This document shows positions 62,336 to 64,000 of a stretch of DNA of 64,000 bases, piece after piece. The position numbers were made by a program, and so were the translations under genes. The notes beneath the pieces are model-generated. The model ran no database searches, had not been told where the DNA came from, and worked only from the letters and a program-made list of their open reading frames with translations. This DNA is from Lama glama. Taxonomy: Eukaryota. The DNA is taken from positions 36,704,001 through 36,768,000 of the forward strand of contig CM052837.1 in the NCBI GenBank assembly GCA_028534125.1, written 5' to 3'. Numbering within the stretch: position 1 is the stretch's first letter; each line of letters begins with the position of its first letter.

Positions 62336-62489
62336 ACCACTGGCGCAAACTGCACCGCCTCCGGGGAGGCTGGGCCTGTCTGTGCGCGCAGTTCTTTTGT
62401 GCATTGGGGCCGTTCTCCAGTGCCCCCCGAGTTTTCCCCCAGGTTGGGGGCCCCTATACTGGGACAGCGCATCTGTCGGTTTGCCAGCT

Positions 62490-62770
62490 GTTCTGGACGG
62501 AAATGTGCCCCCCATTTATGTGTTGAACACCCCCGAGGCGACGGTATTAAGAGGTGGGGCCTTTGTGGGGGGTTGGGTCAGGAGGGTGGACCCGCTTTGG
62601 GATTAGTCCTCTTGTAGGAAGAGGCCAGAGGGCCCCGCAGCCTCTTTCAGCTGCGTGAGGACAGAGGCGGCCTCAGCAGAGCCCATCCACGCCTGGCCCG
62701 CCGACCCTCAGCGTCCAGAGCTGTGAGAAACAGGTGCTACCGTTTACCCGCCGCTCAGTCCACTCAGCTG
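62490..62770 (+). mobile_element. MLT1A-like MaLR LTR
   Basis: ggtattaagaggtggggccttt..gggattagt..gtgaggacag..tccagagctgtgagaaa. Confidence 0.7.
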
Positions 62771-63499
62771 GATGTCCCTTCACTCGCTCATTCACACAGT
62801 CAGCATGTGAGTGAGTGGGGGGCACCAGGCTCTGCTCCCAGGCAGCCCACGGGGTGAGGGGTGGTGGTTGGGGACAGCAACCAAGAGACAAACACACCAT
62901 CACGTGTGCCAGCGGAAGGGAACCCAGGACCGGGAGCTCTCCCTCCGGCCTCACCGGCTGCGCTGGGCCCCCGGGGGTGGGGGGCAGAGGGCAGCACGGC
63001 TCTAGGGGGGAGGGGGAGGGGAGGAGGGCGGCCTGCTCCCATGAGGTGCACCTGGCGCCCAGACTGGCCCCATTCACAGTTATGCAAATCACCGTCACTG
63101 CCATTACTGGGGTGGGGCCGTCGGAAGCCGGGTGGCGGGAGGGGACCGGCGCCTCCTTGGCTCCGCGCAGGCTGCTCGTGGTTCAGCGGGATCCCACTTC
63201 TGCAGCGAAAGCCCGGCGTCGGCGGCTCCACACACTCCCGGTCTAACAAATGAACACATTACGTCTTTGTGACAAACACAGTGTCAGGAAGGAGATTAAG
63301 TTCCTTTCGTGGGTGGAAAAATGATGCAGAGGAAGTGGCCCAGGACCAGATGCCCGCTGCAGGGAACGGCCCCCTCCCTCCTTTATGCCGGATGGTGGCC
63401 ACCGGTCCAGGTGCCTCCCCAGGTGGGCGGCCACTCTGCCCATGGCTCCCTGGGGGCGGATAACCCCCAGGAGCTGTCTCCGTTCCCCAACTCCTGCCC

Positions 63500-63745
63500 T
63501 GGATGCTCTGGACAACCAAGCTGGGGGCATCTCACAGCCCTGGGCGGGAAGTCCAAGATCCAGGCACCAGCAATGACCGTGTCCTCACGTGCCTTGGGGG
63601 GTGGGGCAGGCTCTCCCTGGGGCCTCTGATCCCATCCTGAGACCCCACCCTCAAGACCTGATCACCTCCCAGAGGCCCCACCTCCTAACACCTCGTCTTG
63701 CCGTTAGGATTCGACACGTGACTTTGGGGACACACATTCCGTGCA
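63500..63745 (-). mobile_element. MLT1A-like MaLR LTR
   Basis: gggaagtccaagatc..gacctgatcacctcccagaggccccacctcctaacac..ttggggacacacattc. Confidence 0.7.
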
Positions 63746-64000
63746 GGAGAGTCGCCCCCTCTGTGTAATGTGAGGCAAGTCCCCCTCCTCAGGGGGAGTG
63801 AGGGTAAAAGAAGTGACATGAGGTAAATGCATGGTGACAGGGAGCTTCGCCCGGAGCCGGCGAGCCTGTGAGGCGGGGGGGGGGCGGGGGGCTGGGAGCC
63901 CAGTTGATCTCTGTTTCTGGTTCGGAGCTTTTTTCAGAGGGGTCTGGTCTGAACGCCAAATTTGCGCTGTGTTCAACCACGCTTCCTTCAGAGTCTAACT

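Noticed and set aside
63070-63090. SOX-OCT composite element around ATGCAAAT (63082)
   Set aside because: The octamer is perfect but the SOX half (CACAGT) mismatches; isolated motif.
43730-64000. NTSR1 exons 2-4
   Set aside because: No TM5-TM7 coding sequence seen; intron 1 extends beyond the window.

Overview
GC-rich mammalian genomic DNA, most likely camelid because it carries a Vic-1-type tRNA-derived SINE. It is syntenic with human 20q13.33. Two + strand genes are present. (1) SLCO4A1 (OATP4A1): 11 coding exons from 8756 to 22053, all with GT-AG introns, giving 2196 nt = 731 aa + stop. No non-coding first exon could be identified; it is probably upstream of the window. (2) NTSR1 (neurotensin receptor 1): CpG-island promoter and coding exon 1 (43007-43729), with intron 1 running off the end of the window. 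A 500-N gap (17443-17942) is flanked by an identical 199-bp duplication of part of SLCO4A1 exon 7, most likely an assembly artefact. The rest is intronic or intergenic DNA with decayed L1, MaLR/ERVL LTRs, MER33 and MIR relics, plus AT-rich motif-dense islands that may be enhancers. Almost all other ORFs in the track are GC-content artefacts. I found no new multi-gene system. The strongest unexplained signals are an SLCO4A1 exon with anomalously low GC3, an L1 relic locally converted into a CpG-dense patch, a Tyr-to-His change in NTSR1 TM3, and a perfect ChoRE-spaced double E-box upstream of NTSR1. Repeat family names and orthologue comparisons come from recalled consensus sequences, not from searches.
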